This document shows, one piece after another, positions 1 through 9,652 of a DNA stretch of 60,584 nucleotides (position 1 is its first letter; each line of letters opens with the position of its first letter). A model generated the notes under the pieces. That model made no database searches. It was not told the origin of the DNA and worked only from the letters and a program-made list of their open reading frames with translations. The stretch comes from Cyclobacteriaceae bacterium (GTDB lineage Bacteria; Bacteroidota; Bacteroidia; Cytophagales; Cyclobacteriaceae). The DNA is taken from the NCBI GenBank assembly GCA_027067135.1, contig JAMOMJ010000456.1, positions 1 through 60,584 on the forward strand. Reading direction: 5' to 3'. The position numbers were made by a program, and so were the translations under genes.

Positions 1-477
1 AGAACCTGCTGAGTTAACAGGCACTAATGGATATACACAACCCGTTGAAAATGCAATAATGTTTGCATTCTTAAATCGTTCGGCAATTAGACCAGGCAAA
101 TAGGAATTCATTGCCCAGGTAAGCGATTCGTTACCTTCGGTGCCAAATTTTTGACCTGCCAGATAAAATACATGGGTGGCATTTGGCAGGGATTTTAGAA
201 AATCCTGATCCATTAAATCTCCTTTAATGGTTGAAATGCCATGCTGTTCAAGGTAACCTTGTTGTTCGGGCGAGCTAAACCGGGCAACACCTGTTACTTT
301 ATTACTGCCTCCTGCTGTATCAATTGCTTTTTTAAGCATTCTGGCCATAGAAACCCCCATTTTACCAGCTACTCCTAAAAAGAGAAAATCTCCTTTTAAG
401 CTGCTAATATCTTTTATAAGTTCCTCCGAAGGGGTTGATAACAGCTCTTCAAGTTCAATTTCATTCTTAATTTGCAT
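1..477 (-). CDS. NAD-dependent epimerase/dehydratase family protein, 5' part only (gene runs off the left window edge)
   Basis: My own minus-strand translation from the ATG (complement of 475-477) reads MQIKNEIELEELLSTPSEELIKDISSLKGDFLFLGVAGKMGVSMARMLKKAIDTAGG... It has a Rossmann GxxGxxG motif (GVAGKMG) and the frame stays open to position 1. It is absent from the ORF track because it is truncated. Confidence 0.55.
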   Translation of the reverse strand, partial: MQIKNEIELEELLSTPSEELIKDISSLKGDFLFLGVAGKMGVSMARMLKKAIDTAGGSNKVTGVARFSSPEQQGYLEQHGISTIKGDLMDQDFLKSLPNATHVFYLAGQKFGTEGNESLTWAMNSYLPGLIAERFKNANIIAFSTGCVYPLVPVNSAGS

Positions 478-486
478 ATTCTTTAT

Positions 487-2019
487 TCATTTATCGTTAT
501 CGAAACTGTTGTTAAAAACAGATGGTATTTTAAAACTGTCTGTTTCAAATTCATAAGCTCCGATGTTACTTTTTGTACTATCTTTACTATTTGCCTCCTT
601 GCTAATATCTATACCATAAAGTGTGTAAAAGGACTGAAATATATTTTCCACACCCAAGCCTGAACCTATTGCCGCGCTTAATGGTTGCAAGCTAAAATCA
701 TTTATATCAACGTTGGTAAACTTTGGGTCTTTTTCAACAGGGTTAGTGCCATAGCTGCCGGTTTCCCAAAAAAGATTATGGCTAACCTCTATATTTTCAG
801 CAGGTGTATTGGCAAGCATTAAACTTGCCGTGCTAATTTTACTAAAGATGTTATTATAGACAGAAAAATTAAATTGGTCTCGCCAGGGCTCTGAAATACC
901 CGTTTTCATATTGTGTAAGGTATTATTAATAATATAGGTTTTCGTTCCTTCTTTTTCAGGAATAATCCCTGCTCCTTCTATATTGTAAATCAGGTTACCG
1001 ATAATCCAGATACTATCTGTTTCTTCAATACGAATACCTTTACGGCAATCATATATTCTATTAAAAATTATCCAAACCCGGCTTGGTGCACCATCGCTGC
1101 CAACTACAATCGGGCTAACATCTCCGGTTTCGACCGGAATTAAATAACCGTGCAGTTTGTTTTGCGAAATAATAACGTCAGATGCGTACTTTAGATCAAT
1201 GCCATTTTCTTTATCTCCATGAAAATCGTTACGCCCAATGTAAAGGTGGTCTGGGCCGGGTTTGCATTGATGGCATGCCTGTATGCCATCTCCTCCATTA
1301 TTATAAATGTGATTATCAAGTACCCATATCCGTTTACCTCCGGCACTGGCCTGAACACCATGCACGTCTTTGTCATCAGACATTACATTGTCATGAATTT
1401 CATTATGATAGATAACAATATGCTCGCCTGTGGCAGAAACCGTTGGGTTTTTAGCACCACCCACTCCTACCGGATTATGCACCTCGCAATGCCTAAAAGC
1501 TCCGTATTTTGAACTCTCTGCAAACCTGATTAGCGATTTATTGTAAAAATCAAGGTTTTCTACAATAAAATACTGCCCAACTAATTTAAAAGTTGAGTTG
1601 GCAACTACAGGCCGGTTGACATTGGAAACCCCTCGAATAAAAACAGGTTTTTCTACCGTGCCATTCATTGTATAGGTTCCGCTTATTGCAGTATAAGGGC
1701 CACCTCTAATTTCTACCACACTTCCGGCATTTAATTCCAGCGGTATCGTTAATCGCGGCCTTTCAGCACTACCCAAAGGGTTGTTGGCATCGGTGGCCTT
1801 TGCATGGGTATTATCAACATAATGGGTATAAAAGGAAGCTGCCCCATATACTGATTCAACGGTTTCATTAATCCCAAACTCGGGTGCCGGAATGCCAATG
1901 GGGGGAATATATTTATGTTCGACTTGTGCTATAGAGCTGCTTATTTCTGTAACTTTATTGTTACAGCTAAGACAGAATAGTAAACCTGTATAAACTATAT
2001 GAAGTATTAGTACTCTCAT
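487..2019 (-). CDS. Lipoprotein with right-handed parallel beta-helix repeats (pectate-lyase-fold carbohydrate-active enzyme candidate)
   Basis: 510-aa ORF with a signal peptide and lipobox (LLFCLSC). It has periodic beta-helix-type repeats (IVIYHNEIHDN, WVLDNHIYNNGGDGIQ, LYIGRNDFHGDKENGIDL, VIISQNKLHG, IIGNLIYN, YIINNTLHN). The family and activity cannot be assigned by eye. Confidence 0.6.
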   Translation of the reverse strand: MRVLILHIVYTGLLFCLSCNNKVTEISSSIAQVEHKYIPPIGIPAPEFGINETVESVYGAASFYTHYVDNTHAKATDANNPLGSAERPRLTIPLELNAGSVVEIRGGPYTAISGTYTMNGTVEKPVFIRGVSNVNRPVVANSTFKLVGQYFIVENLDFYNKSLIRFAESSKYGAFRHCEVHNPVGVGGAKNPTVSATGEHIVIYHNEIHDNVMSDDKDVHGVQASAGGKRIWVLDNHIYNNGGDGIQACHQCKPGPDHLYIGRNDFHGDKENGIDLKYASDVIISQNKLHGYLIPVETGDVSPIVVGSDGAPSRVWIIFNRIYDCRKGIRIEETDSIWIIGNLIYNIEGAGIIPEKEGTKTYIINNTLHNMKTGISEPWRDQFNFSVYNNIFSKISTASLMLANTPAENIEVSHNLFWETGSYGTNPVEKDPKFTNVDINDFSLQPLSAAIGSGLGVENIFQSFYTLYGIDISKEANSKDSTKSNIGAYEFETDSFKIPSVFNNSFDNDK

Positions 2020-2021
2020 AA

Positions 2022-4166
2022 CTAATTACTTTTGGGTATCGCTTTTACAAGCAAATGGTTTTTAAAACTAATGTTGAGTTTTTCGTTGCCCTTGATGCTT
2101 CCCAATTCAACATTATGTTCATAGTCAATTATATCATACGCTTTATCTTCTAAGCCTCTAAACTCAATCTCCCCATTCCATTCGGTTGCGTAAAGTGCAT
2201 AATGCAGTATGCCGTCTTTAAGAATGGCGTGTGTTTCGGGAAAATCGTACCCAATGTCGTATAAGTTTAGGTACTCCCCTTTGCTAAGGGTATTTTCATT
2301 ATAGATTCGCAGCCATTTGGTAAATAGCTCTTTTCGTTCGGGCGATAGGTAGCCAGGATATTTTGCCCTTAAAAAATCAGCATTATCTTCCTTACGGCTT
2401 ACGAACATAGTTCCGGGTATTCCTCCAACACCTATCATTGACGGGAAATTTTCCGGGGAATATCGCCTCTCAATATGATCGCCATAAAATGCTGCGGACG
2501 ACCCCATTAATGCTTTTATGGTTTTCCCTCTATGCCTGATTTGCCAGGTAGTATTAAAATCTGACGATACGGGCTGATTATAATAAGGCATTTTGTAAAA
2601 AGAGGGAAACATGCCGCAAGGGCATACTTCCAGGATGGCATCCGGTTTAAGCTTCACGGTTTCTTCATATAAAATTTTATATAGTTCAGGAAGTGCCTCT
2701 ACGGATTCCTCGGGGTATTTATGCTGATGCTCTTTGGCGTAGCACTTACCTACTGAGTTGATTAGCTCCTGATCAACTTTAAAACCATCATAGCCCCACT
2801 CTCCTATAAATTTTTTAGCCATTTGCCTGTAATAATCCTGTACACCTTTTACTGCCGGACATAAAAACGGGGTGTATTGTTTGCCCATAAATTTATACCC
2901 TTCTGTTTTTCCTTCTTTATTTAATAATAACCACTCGGGGTGCTCAGCAGCCAGCTTTTCACCTGCTACATGGGTTGTAATCCAAATCTTTATTTTTAGC
3001 CCGTTATCGTGGAACCTCTTCACAAAGTTTTTCATTCCTTCGTCTCCTAAAGGGAAGGTGTCATCACGAGGGATATAGTCTCCATTATAATAAAACCAAC
3101 CGGCATCTACTGTGGCCACCTTAAACCCAAAATCCTTGATAACGGGTATTATTTCGAACATTTGTTCCTGCGTAAAATCAGGCCCAAACCCCCAACCACA
3201 CCAGACAGGTTCGTACACATCGGCAGGGGGCTTAGGCATTTCAAAACCATTTCGAGCCATTATTTTCGAATAGGTTCTGAGGCCATTATAAAAATCGCCA
3301 CCGTGTACTGCCATTACCACCGGTATGGTTTTATAGGTATCCTTAAACTCCATATTACCCCTATCGTATTGCATGCTGATTTCAAAAGTCTTGCGGTCAT
3401 TCACTTTGGCCGGTAGCGATATCAACGTAGGTTTATCTCTCAGGCTGCCAATTAAAAGACCCGACTCTTTATTCCACACATCAAGAACAGGCAAGCCTCC
3501 ACCCACCTCGCCCTTATCAAATTGAGCCCCCTGGTAATTTTCGAAAGAAAAATTTTTAGTTACAGGCAATATCCAATCCGGCCTTTCTTTGTAAGCTCCC
3601 CCCTGCAAAATCCAAAAATTATGTGATAGCTTAGTGCTATCTGTAAGGCTGGCATTTAGGGTAAAATGGTTATTAATTTCGCTGTTTATTATAAGACCGG
3701 CCGTTGAATTAGTATTGCGATAGGTTATATTGAGTATGATGGCTTCGGGAAAATCTTCGTATAAATCGAAATTCATTTGTTTTTCGATTTGTGAATTTAA
3801 CGACCCGTTTGCACTGGCAATTACAGTTAACCGTTTGCCTTTACCATAATTCGTATCAATATCAGCATATTTTATTTGGGTATTGTCAACAATAAATTGA
3901 TTTACTTTTTTCCCATTTACAATAATATAATGGGGTGTGTTCCCCGGTTGAATTATTGACAGTTCCCCCCTGGAGGTCTTTCTAAAAACATTTATTCTGG
4001 TTGCACTGTCAACTTCCAGTTTTATGTAATTATTTTTTAATACAATGGCTAAATCTGATGTTTTAGTATGTGTGCATGAAAAAAATAAGAGTATAGAAAA
4101 TGGCAAGCTTAATAACCATCGTACATACATATTTATTATTTTCATCAGTTTATAATTTATTTTCAA
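2022..4166 (-). CDS. Alpha-galactosidase-like glycoside hydrolase (clan GH-D, GH36/GH27-type TIM barrel), lipoprotein
   Basis: 714-aa ORF with an N-terminal signal and Cys (LLFFSCTH). VWCGWGFG...KVATVDAGWF and WGYDGFKVDQ resemble the melibiase-type barrel start and the KxD nucleophile region. The family call is from memory of motifs only. Confidence 0.5.
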   Translation of the reverse strand: MKINYKLMKIINMYVRWLLSLPFSILLFFSCTHTKTSDLAIVLKNNYIKLEVDSATRINVFRKTSRGELSIIQPGNTPHYIIVNGKKVNQFIVDNTQIKYADIDTNYGKGKRLTVIASANGSLNSQIEKQMNFDLYEDFPEAIILNITYRNTNSTAGLIINSEINNHFTLNASLTDSTKLSHNFWILQGGAYKERPDWILPVTKNFSFENYQGAQFDKGEVGGGLPVLDVWNKESGLLIGSLRDKPTLISLPAKVNDRKTFEISMQYDRGNMEFKDTYKTIPVVMAVHGGDFYNGLRTYSKIMARNGFEMPKPPADVYEPVWCGWGFGPDFTQEQMFEIIPVIKDFGFKVATVDAGWFYYNGDYIPRDDTFPLGDEGMKNFVKRFHDNGLKIKIWITTHVAGEKLAAEHPEWLLLNKEGKTEGYKFMGKQYTPFLCPAVKGVQDYYRQMAKKFIGEWGYDGFKVDQELINSVGKCYAKEHQHKYPEESVEALPELYKILYEETVKLKPDAILEVCPCGMFPSFYKMPYYNQPVSSDFNTTWQIRHRGKTIKALMGSSAAFYGDHIERRYSPENFPSMIGVGGIPGTMFVSRKEDNADFLRAKYPGYLSPERKELFTKWLRIYNENTLSKGEYLNLYDIGYDFPETHAILKDGILHYALYATEWNGEIEFRGLEDKAYDIIDYEHNVELGSIKGNEKLNISFKNHLLVKAIPKSN

Positions 4167-4256
4167 CGGTCAAATGAAGCTTTTGTACAGACAATCATTC
4201 TTTTGTGTGTAAATAATTTAGTATGCCGGTTTCATAACTTTAGATTTTGCAATAGC

Positions 4257-5570
4257 TTATTCAGAACAGGTATAAACCGTACCTTGAAGCATATTGCGGG
4301 TAATTGATAATTTATCCATTTCAATATCTGCCACAAGCAAATCTGCACTTTTACCCACTTCAATTGACCCTGTTCCAGGTTGTATATCAGTATTTTCGTA
4401 AATTCCTAACAATTTGGCCGGATTGGTACTAAACATAACAGAAGTTTGAATTAAAGCCTCGTGAAATGATAAAGCCTTGTGCATTCGATGCCATGTGCCC
4501 GATATGGAACGGGTGAGCCAGGAAAGGACATTGGCATAACCCACATCTGATTTTAATACACTGCCAAATAATGTATTTTCAGAGCCTAACACTTGTAAAA
4601 ATTGTTTGTTTTTACTTACAGCTCCTTTTAGTCCAAGCAACTCAAACCGCTCTAAATTAGGCAAGCCATTGGCAAACATAGAGTCGGTAATCATTATTAC
4701 CCGCTCATGTCCTTTTCTTGCAATTATATCTCGTACATAAGAGGGATCAACATGGTAGCCATCGCAAATAATTTCTAAATACACGGCATCCGAACGAAGT
4801 ATAACTTCTACGGCACCTCCCATACGAAAGCTTTTGCTATTGCTTCGGCTTGGCCCGTTTAAAAAATGAATGGCTAAATTTAATCCGGCATCTACTGCCT
4901 CTAAAAATTCATCACCAAAAGCCGCACTGTGGCCTCCGGCTACAACAATCCCTTTTTTTATTAATTCTTCTGTAAGTTCACAGCCTTTTTTGCCATGCTC
5001 AGGCGGCACATTTACTATTTTTAACAGGTTTCCCGAGGCCTCCTGAAGGACATCAATAATTTTCTGGTTTGGCTCGCAAAAATATTTTGGGTTTTGAGCC
5101 CCTGCATAAACAGGGTCTTTTAAAAATGAGCCTTCTAAATTAATACCATACACCAGTTTTTTGTACTTCGGGTGGTCATACAAAAAACTTTTAATATACC
5201 CTAACGTAACACAAAGTTTGTCCAAAGGAGCAGCCATAGTGGTTAAAAGCACTCTGGTTGCCCCCATGTTTATATAAAAATCAAGTGTAGCTTTAAGTCC
5301 ATTTTTATATACCTGTTCCGAGGCGTCAAACGAATCTGTTTTTTCCTGATACATACCAAAAGAGGCATCGAAACCTGCCGAACCATGGTTGTGAATATCA
5401 ATAAACCCGGGCAGTACGTATTTGCCTTCTGCCTTTATAATGGTTGTAGCCGAATCGGGCTGGATAGATTGATTAATTTCGGAAATAACGCCCTTTTCAA
5501 CCAGTAAATCAGCTTCGTAAACCTTGCTGCAACCAATAATTGATGCTCCTTTTATAAGTACTTTTTCCAT
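4257..5570 (-). CDS. Amidohydrolase superfamily protein, N-acetylglucosamine-6-phosphate deacetylase (NagA)-like
   Basis: 437 aa. It has a GFIDIHNHG metal-binding motif near the N-terminus, AIHFLNG (compare the NagA HxFN motif) and ITDSM (compare NagA TDA). It is longer than canonical NagA, so the substrate is uncertain. Confidence 0.6.
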   Translation of the reverse strand: MEKVLIKGASIIGCSKVYEADLLVEKGVISEINQSIQPDSATTIIKAEGKYVLPGFIDIHNHGSAGFDASFGMYQEKTDSFDASEQVYKNGLKATLDFYINMGATRVLLTTMAAPLDKLCVTLGYIKSFLYDHPKYKKLVYGINLEGSFLKDPVYAGAQNPKYFCEPNQKIIDVLQEASGNLLKIVNVPPEHGKKGCELTEELIKKGIVVAGGHSAAFGDEFLEAVDAGLNLAIHFLNGPSRSNSKSFRMGGAVEVILRSDAVYLEIICDGYHVDPSYVRDIIARKGHERVIMITDSMFANGLPNLERFELLGLKGAVSKNKQFLQVLGSENTLFGSVLKSDVGYANVLSWLTRSISGTWHRMHKALSFHEALIQTSVMFSTNPAKLLGIYENTDIQPGTGSIEVGKSADLLVADIEMDKLSITRNMLQGTVYTCSE

Positions 5571-5574
5571 CGTG

Positions 5575-7245
5575 CTACTTACCTATTTGAATTACTAACC
5601 AGCCGAAAATTACGAGAGCTGCAACAAATAACCAGGCTAATAAAAAGCCACTCCAATCTTCTTTGTACCGTTGCTTAAAATTAACCCATCGCGAAGCTTT
5701 TAGCCAGCCTGGTAAATCCACCAAAATCAGAGCCATTCCTTTGCTTCCTGCTTCTCTTTCTTCTTCGCTGCCTTCCATATCATCCGTAGAAATTGTGTTT
5801 AGCTTTATAAAAAACCTGTCAATATTTTCGGCAGGCTCGGGTGTGGTAAACTTGCTAACCACAATTAGTGCTAAAAACCCGGCTAACATAGCCCAACCAA
5901 AAGGGGCAGGTTGCCATTTATAAATTAGCATAAGTGCACCCTGGTCTAGGTAATTTAGCATATAATACGTAATAAAAGCAAAACTTACCGAAGCCAGAGC
6001 TCCCTGGCGGTTTGCTCCTTTCCAAAGCATTCCCCCAAAAATCATAATACCCATAAAGGCTGCAATGGATTCGGTAAATAAGAAAGCCGACAATACATTT
6101 TTGATGGTCATGGCAAAGCCTACACTTAGCAGAGTTAATAAAAGCCCCGCCAGTCTTCCGGTTTTAACAGAGTTCTCGTCTGTAATGTCCGGTTTAAAAT
6201 AGGGTTTATAAATATCCTTTACAAATAATGCCCCCAGATTAACCATAAAATTTGAACAGGAAGACATGTTTGCGGCAAGCAGGCAGGCTATCATTAAACC
6301 TACCAGCCCGGGAGCCAGCAGTGTACGCGTGGCATAACCAAATGCATGTTCGGGGTCGTCCAATACAACACCTTTGTGAATAACCAGTGCAGCTACAATT
6401 AACCCGGTTAAAGCCCAGCCCAGTGTTACAAAACGTTTTACAAAATTGCCATAGGTTTGCCCAACCCTACAGGCACGCTCAGTATTACCTGTTGCAAATA
6501 ATGACATTGAGTGCGGTTGCGCAGTAATACCTATTATGCCGTTGAGTGCCAGCATGGAGAGTGTAAAACCCCCTAACCCTAAATCTGCACTAAATAAGGA
6601 GAAAAAATTATCCGGAAGTTTCTCTCTCATGGCTGCAAAACCTCCCACCTCGGTTAAGCCACTGGGAATTAGCATAAAAGAAAGAATAATAATTAACAAG
6701 CCCTGTACAAATTCGGTATGTGCCGCAGCTACCAGGCCTCCAAAATAACTATATACAATAAAAGCTATGGTCATTAAAACCACTACCATATTGGAAGAAA
6801 CAGCTCCATCGGTAGCTACCGATATTACTTTAGCGGCTCCTTGTAGCATGGCACCCATTATAAACACAAAAAAGGCAATGGCAAATATGGTGTAAACCAA
6901 TCGTACGGTTTTACCATAGCGGTCACCTACCATTTCGGCTACGGTAGTGCGGTCGCTTCTTCTGTACCAGGGGGCAATAAGCCAGTAAAACGGGGTGATC
7001 AGCAGGTTTTTCCATTGATACCAAATAGTGGCAAACCCTCCATGAAACGATGCCCCTGCCTGAGCCACGGGCATTTCGGCATGGGTACCAGTACCAAAGG
7101 CCTGCCCCATCATTGTCCACCATTTAAAAGACCGGCCTCCCCTAAAGTATTGATCACTGGTTTTTGTTCGCCTGGCAACCCAAAGCCCATAGGCGGTAAT
7201 ACCTAAAAAATAAACGATAAGTACAGTAAGATCGAGTGTTGACAT
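5575..7245 (-). CDS. Sodium:solute symporter (SSS family)
   Basis: 556 aa and polytopic, with SSS-type helices throughout. It sits 4 nt upstream of the NagA-like gene, which suggests an operon. Confidence 0.8.
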   Translation of the reverse strand: MSTLDLTVLIVYFLGITAYGLWVARRTKTSDQYFRGGRSFKWWTMMGQAFGTGTHAEMPVAQAGASFHGGFATIWYQWKNLLITPFYWLIAPWYRRSDRTTVAEMVGDRYGKTVRLVYTIFAIAFFVFIMGAMLQGAAKVISVATDGAVSSNMVVVLMTIAFIVYSYFGGLVAAAHTEFVQGLLIIILSFMLIPSGLTEVGGFAAMREKLPDNFFSLFSADLGLGGFTLSMLALNGIIGITAQPHSMSLFATGNTERACRVGQTYGNFVKRFVTLGWALTGLIVAALVIHKGVVLDDPEHAFGYATRTLLAPGLVGLMIACLLAANMSSCSNFMVNLGALFVKDIYKPYFKPDITDENSVKTGRLAGLLLTLLSVGFAMTIKNVLSAFLFTESIAAFMGIMIFGGMLWKGANRQGALASVSFAFITYYMLNYLDQGALMLIYKWQPAPFGWAMLAGFLALIVVSKFTTPEPAENIDRFFIKLNTISTDDMEGSEEEREAGSKGMALILVDLPGWLKASRWVNFKQRYKEDWSGFLLAWLFVAALVIFGWLVIQIGK

Positions 7246-7269
7246 TTGTAAACTTGTAATTAAATTAAT

Positions 7270-7287
7270 AAACTTGTAAATACAAGT
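7270..7287. promoter_or_regulatory. Operator-like inverted repeat AACTTGTA-AA-TACAAGTT in a divergent promoter region
   Basis: 8-nt arms are perfectly complementary with a 2-nt spacer. An extra half-site AACTTGTAATT lies at 7250-7260. Nearly the same 16-mer recurs at 48274-48289. Confidence 0.4.
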
Positions 7288-7565
7288 TATTCAAATTCAA
7301 AGGTTAATCTTTTTTTTAGAAAGTGCAATAAAAGATGTAGTTAAAAAACCTGTAAAGAATTTTATTATTCCTTACAGGTTTCTATTTTAGCAAAATTCTT
7401 AAGATGTTCTAATACGCAATTACAACGAAAAAGCACATCTGAAATAATATTATCAACCAAGGTAATGCTTGCTTATATAGCAATAAGCAGAATTATTTCA
7501 ACATTAGTTTCTACCTATAAGGGTAGAGGAAAGATTGTATTAACGCTTTATAAAATCAATAACAC

Positions 7566-7835
7566 ATGAGTACTAAAAAAGAGCGCCACAAGTACTGGCA
7601 AAAAAATATATACTATCTTATTATACTATTAACCGTATGGTTTATTTGCTCCTTCGGGTTCGGTGTTCTTTGGGTAGATGAGCTAAACAGCATTAAAATG
7701 GGCGGATTCAAACTAGGATTTTGGTTTGCCCAACAAGGAGCAATTTATTCGTTTGTAATAATCATATTTATTTATGTGTATTTGATGAATAAACTAGATA
7801 ACAAGTACAATACTAACCAACAAGATAAGCAATAA
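7566..7835 (+). CDS. DUF4212-type small membrane subunit associated with SSS symporters
   Basis: 89 aa with two TM helices, immediately upstream (6 nt) of an SSS permease. This is the known DUF4212 plus VC_2705-type symporter pairing. Confidence 0.7.
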   Translation: MSTKKERHKYWQKNIYYLIILLTVWFICSFGFGVLWVDELNSIKMGGFKLGFWFAQQGAIYSFVIIIFIYVYLMNKLDNKYNTNQQDKQ

Positions 7836-7841
7836 AATAGT

Positions 7842-9515
7842 ATGGATATTCAAATTTGGACGTATATAATCGTTGGGTTATCATTTTCGTTATACATAGG
7901 TATTGCACTATGGAGCAAGGCCGGTAGCACAAAAGAATTTTATGTGGCAGGTGGAGGTGTATCGCCACTTGCCAATGGTATGGCTACTGCTGCCGACTGG
8001 ATGTCAGCAGCTTCTTTTATTTCAATGGCCGGCCTTATTTCTTTTATGGGATACGATGGTGCCGTTTACTTAATGGGCTGGACAGGCGGCTATGTATTAC
8101 TTGCGCTTATGCTTGCCCCATACCTGAGAAAGTTTGGAAAATTTACGGTTCCTGATTTTATTGGTGATCGTTATTATTCCAATATAGCACGTAGTGTTGG
8201 GGTTGTGTGTGCTTTAATAGTTTCGTTTACGTATGTTGCCGGGCAAATGCGCGGAGTGGGAGTTGTTTTTGCCCGTTTTTTGGAAGTACCTGTAAATACA
8301 GGTGTAATTATAGGAATGATTATCGTGTTTTTTTATGCTGTTTTAGGCGGCATGAAAGGCATTACCTATACCCAGGTAGCCCAGTATTGTGTGCTGATAT
8401 TTGCGTATATGGTACCTGCCATTTTTATTTCCATTCAGCTAACCGGTGAGTGGCTTCCTCAAATAGGATTTGGCAGCGAACTGGCAGATGGCTCCGGCAC
8501 CTACTTGCTTGACAAATTAGATGGTTTACATGAGGAGCTTGGTTTTGCAGCTTACACCTTAGGGTCTAAATCTACCCTTGATATGTTTGCCATTACCCTT
8601 GCTCTTATGGTAGGCACGGCAGGGTTGCCTCATGTAATTGTCCGCTTTTTTACCGTACCGCATGTGCGCGATGCAAGGATGTCAGCCGGGTATGCACTGG
8701 TATTAATTGCTATCCTTTATACCACGGCTCCTGCCATTGCTGCTTTTGCACGAACCAATTTAATTGAAACCGTTTCTAATGCTGAGTATTCCACAGTTCC
8801 CGATTGGTTTAAAAACTGGGAGTCAACGGGGCTAATATCGTTTACAGATAAAAATGCAGATGGCAAAATTCAGTATGTAGCCGATCCGGCTCAAAACGAA
8901 TTAATTATTGACAGGGACATAATAGTTTTAGCCAACCCTGAAATTGCTCATTTGCCCAACTGGGTAATAGCTCTGGTAGCAGCCGGTGGGTTGGCTGCCG
9001 CCCTTTCTACTGCCGCAGGGTTGTTGCTGGTTATTTCTACCAGTATATCTCACGATTTAATAAAAAAGCAGATAAAGCCTGATATTTCGGACAAAGGCGA
9101 GCTTATGTGGGCAAGAATAGGTGCCGGATTAGCTGTAATTGTTGCCGGCTATTTTGGTATTAATCCGCCCGGTTTTGTGGCTGCCACCGTTGCCCTGGCT
9201 TTTGGCCTGGCTGCAGCATCGTTTTTCCCTGCCATAGTTTTGGGCATATTCGATAAACGAATGAATAAAGAAGGTGCAGTAGCAGGCATGGTTATTGGCA
9301 CCTTACTAATGCTGTTTTATATGGTTAAATTTAAGCTTCAGGGCTTTGGTGGGGGAACGGAAGACGAGTGGTGGTTTGGTATTTCTCCTGAAGGGTTTGG
9401 AACAGTAGCTATGCTTGTTAATTTTGTAACATCAATTACTATTTCAAGGTTTACACCTCCGCCACCGGCAAACGTACAGGCTATTGTTGATTCCATAAGA
9501 GAGCCGGGAGATTAA
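7842..9515 (+). CDS. Sodium:solute symporter (ActP/VC_2705-like cation/carboxylate symporter)
   Basis: 557-aa polytopic SSS-family sequence, paired with the DUF4212 gene. Confidence 0.8.
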   Translation: MDIQIWTYIIVGLSFSLYIGIALWSKAGSTKEFYVAGGGVSPLANGMATAADWMSAASFISMAGLISFMGYDGAVYLMGWTGGYVLLALMLAPYLRKFGKFTVPDFIGDRYYSNIARSVGVVCALIVSFTYVAGQMRGVGVVFARFLEVPVNTGVIIGMIIVFFYAVLGGMKGITYTQVAQYCVLIFAYMVPAIFISIQLTGEWLPQIGFGSELADGSGTYLLDKLDGLHEELGFAAYTLGSKSTLDMFAITLALMVGTAGLPHVIVRFFTVPHVRDARMSAGYALVLIAILYTTAPAIAAFARTNLIETVSNAEYSTVPDWFKNWESTGLISFTDKNADGKIQYVADPAQNELIIDRDIIVLANPEIAHLPNWVIALVAAGGLAAALSTAAGLLLVISTSISHDLIKKQIKPDISDKGELMWARIGAGLAVIVAGYFGINPPGFVAATVALAFGLAAASFFPAIVLGIFDKRMNKEGAVAGMVIGTLLMLFYMVKFKLQGFGGGTEDEWWFGISPEGFGTVAMLVNFVTSITISRFTPPPPANVQAIVDSIREPGD

Positions 9516-9652
9516 GAAATTTTATCAATCATTACTATCAATTACTATTGCAGCAAGCTTAAATAATAATACTTGTACCGTATTATTGCTTTAGATTTAT
9601 CATATAGTTGGATTCCAAAAGGGTTTTGGTTTTTTTGAATAATGACAAAAAA

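Noticed and set aside
9516-9607. Hairpin AATAATAC-ttgtacc-GTATTATT after the SSS gene as a terminator
   Set aside because: The stem is AT-only and short, and no T-run follows. That is too weak to report as a feature.
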